A stretch of DNA of 35,883 bases from a virus (taxonomy: Duplodnaviria; Caudoviricetes), in IMG/VR virus record IMGVR_UViG_3300032233_000359, positions 1-35,883 of that record; one strand, 5' to 3'. The translations under genes were made by a program, and so were the position numbers. Positions 35,753 to 35,883 of this stretch are shown here, piece by piece. The first letter of the stretch is position 1; every line of letters starts with the position of its first letter. The notes below the pieces were generated by a model, which saw nothing but the letters and a program-made list of their open reading frames with translations, searched no databases and was not told where the DNA came from.

Positions 35753-35883
35753 GCCGGGCGCCCCTTGAGCACCAGCACCCGGCGAGCAACCGGACAGACC
35801 CGGCTGACGCCACGACCGGCGTGGGGGATGTTGCCAGGGAAAATCGTCATGCGACCGTATCGAGGCAATATGGCCTTAATCAC
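35749..35883 (-). CDS. C-terminus of a 2OG-Fe(II) oxygenase (partial; not in ORF track)
   Basis: VIKAILPRYGRMTIFPGNIPHAGRGVSRVCPVARRVLVLKGRPA* shows the P..GR...F....H...V......R pattern (distal His and 2OG-binding Arg). GTGA overlap with the next gene. Confidence 0.7.
   Translation of the reverse strand: MIKAILPRYGRMTIFPGNIPHAGRGVSRVCPVARRVLVLKGRPA

Noticed and set aside
1-35883. Stop-codon reassignment
   Set aside because: Genes tile densely under the standard code, and TAA, TGA and TAG all occur as coupled terminators.

Overview
This is a 35.9 kb fragment of a GC-rich tailed phage with podovirus-like organisation, probably infecting a proteobacterium (inferred). No terminase, replication genes, integrase, tRNA or CRISPR array is visible. 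Bases 1-1892 (+) hold the end of a run of small accessory genes that finishes in a GT32-like glycosyltransferase. Bases 1876-35883 (-) are an almost gap-free late region. In transcription order it contains: a partial 2OG-Fe(II) oxygenase, a DUF6817/HD-like protein, a 787-aa low-complexity protein, portal, GroES-like co-chaperonin, scaffold, cement protein, major capsid protein, a cluster of small basic proteins, a head-tail adaptor, a collagen-like fibre, two Gly-rich paralogues, a GT2 glycosyltransferase, an S74-chaperone tail fibre, a lysis cassette (membrane proteins plus GH108 endolysin), a second adaptor, a nozzle and four probable ejection proteins. The main candidates for undescribed biology are: (1) a structured ~125-nt + strand RNA with its own promoter and terminator at 13484-13646, back-to-back with the lysis promoter; (2) a recurrent x-[AK]-x-G-G motif that divides five virion-region proteins into modules, two of which also share an N-terminal tag, suggesting a cargo targeting and processing system; (3) a possible virion glycosylation set; (4) a coupled 2OG-oxygenase, DUF6817 and (GC)4-protein trio; (5) DNA-identical 25-bp repeats separating variable tail-fibre segments. 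All family calls come from motif recognition by eye, not from database searches.
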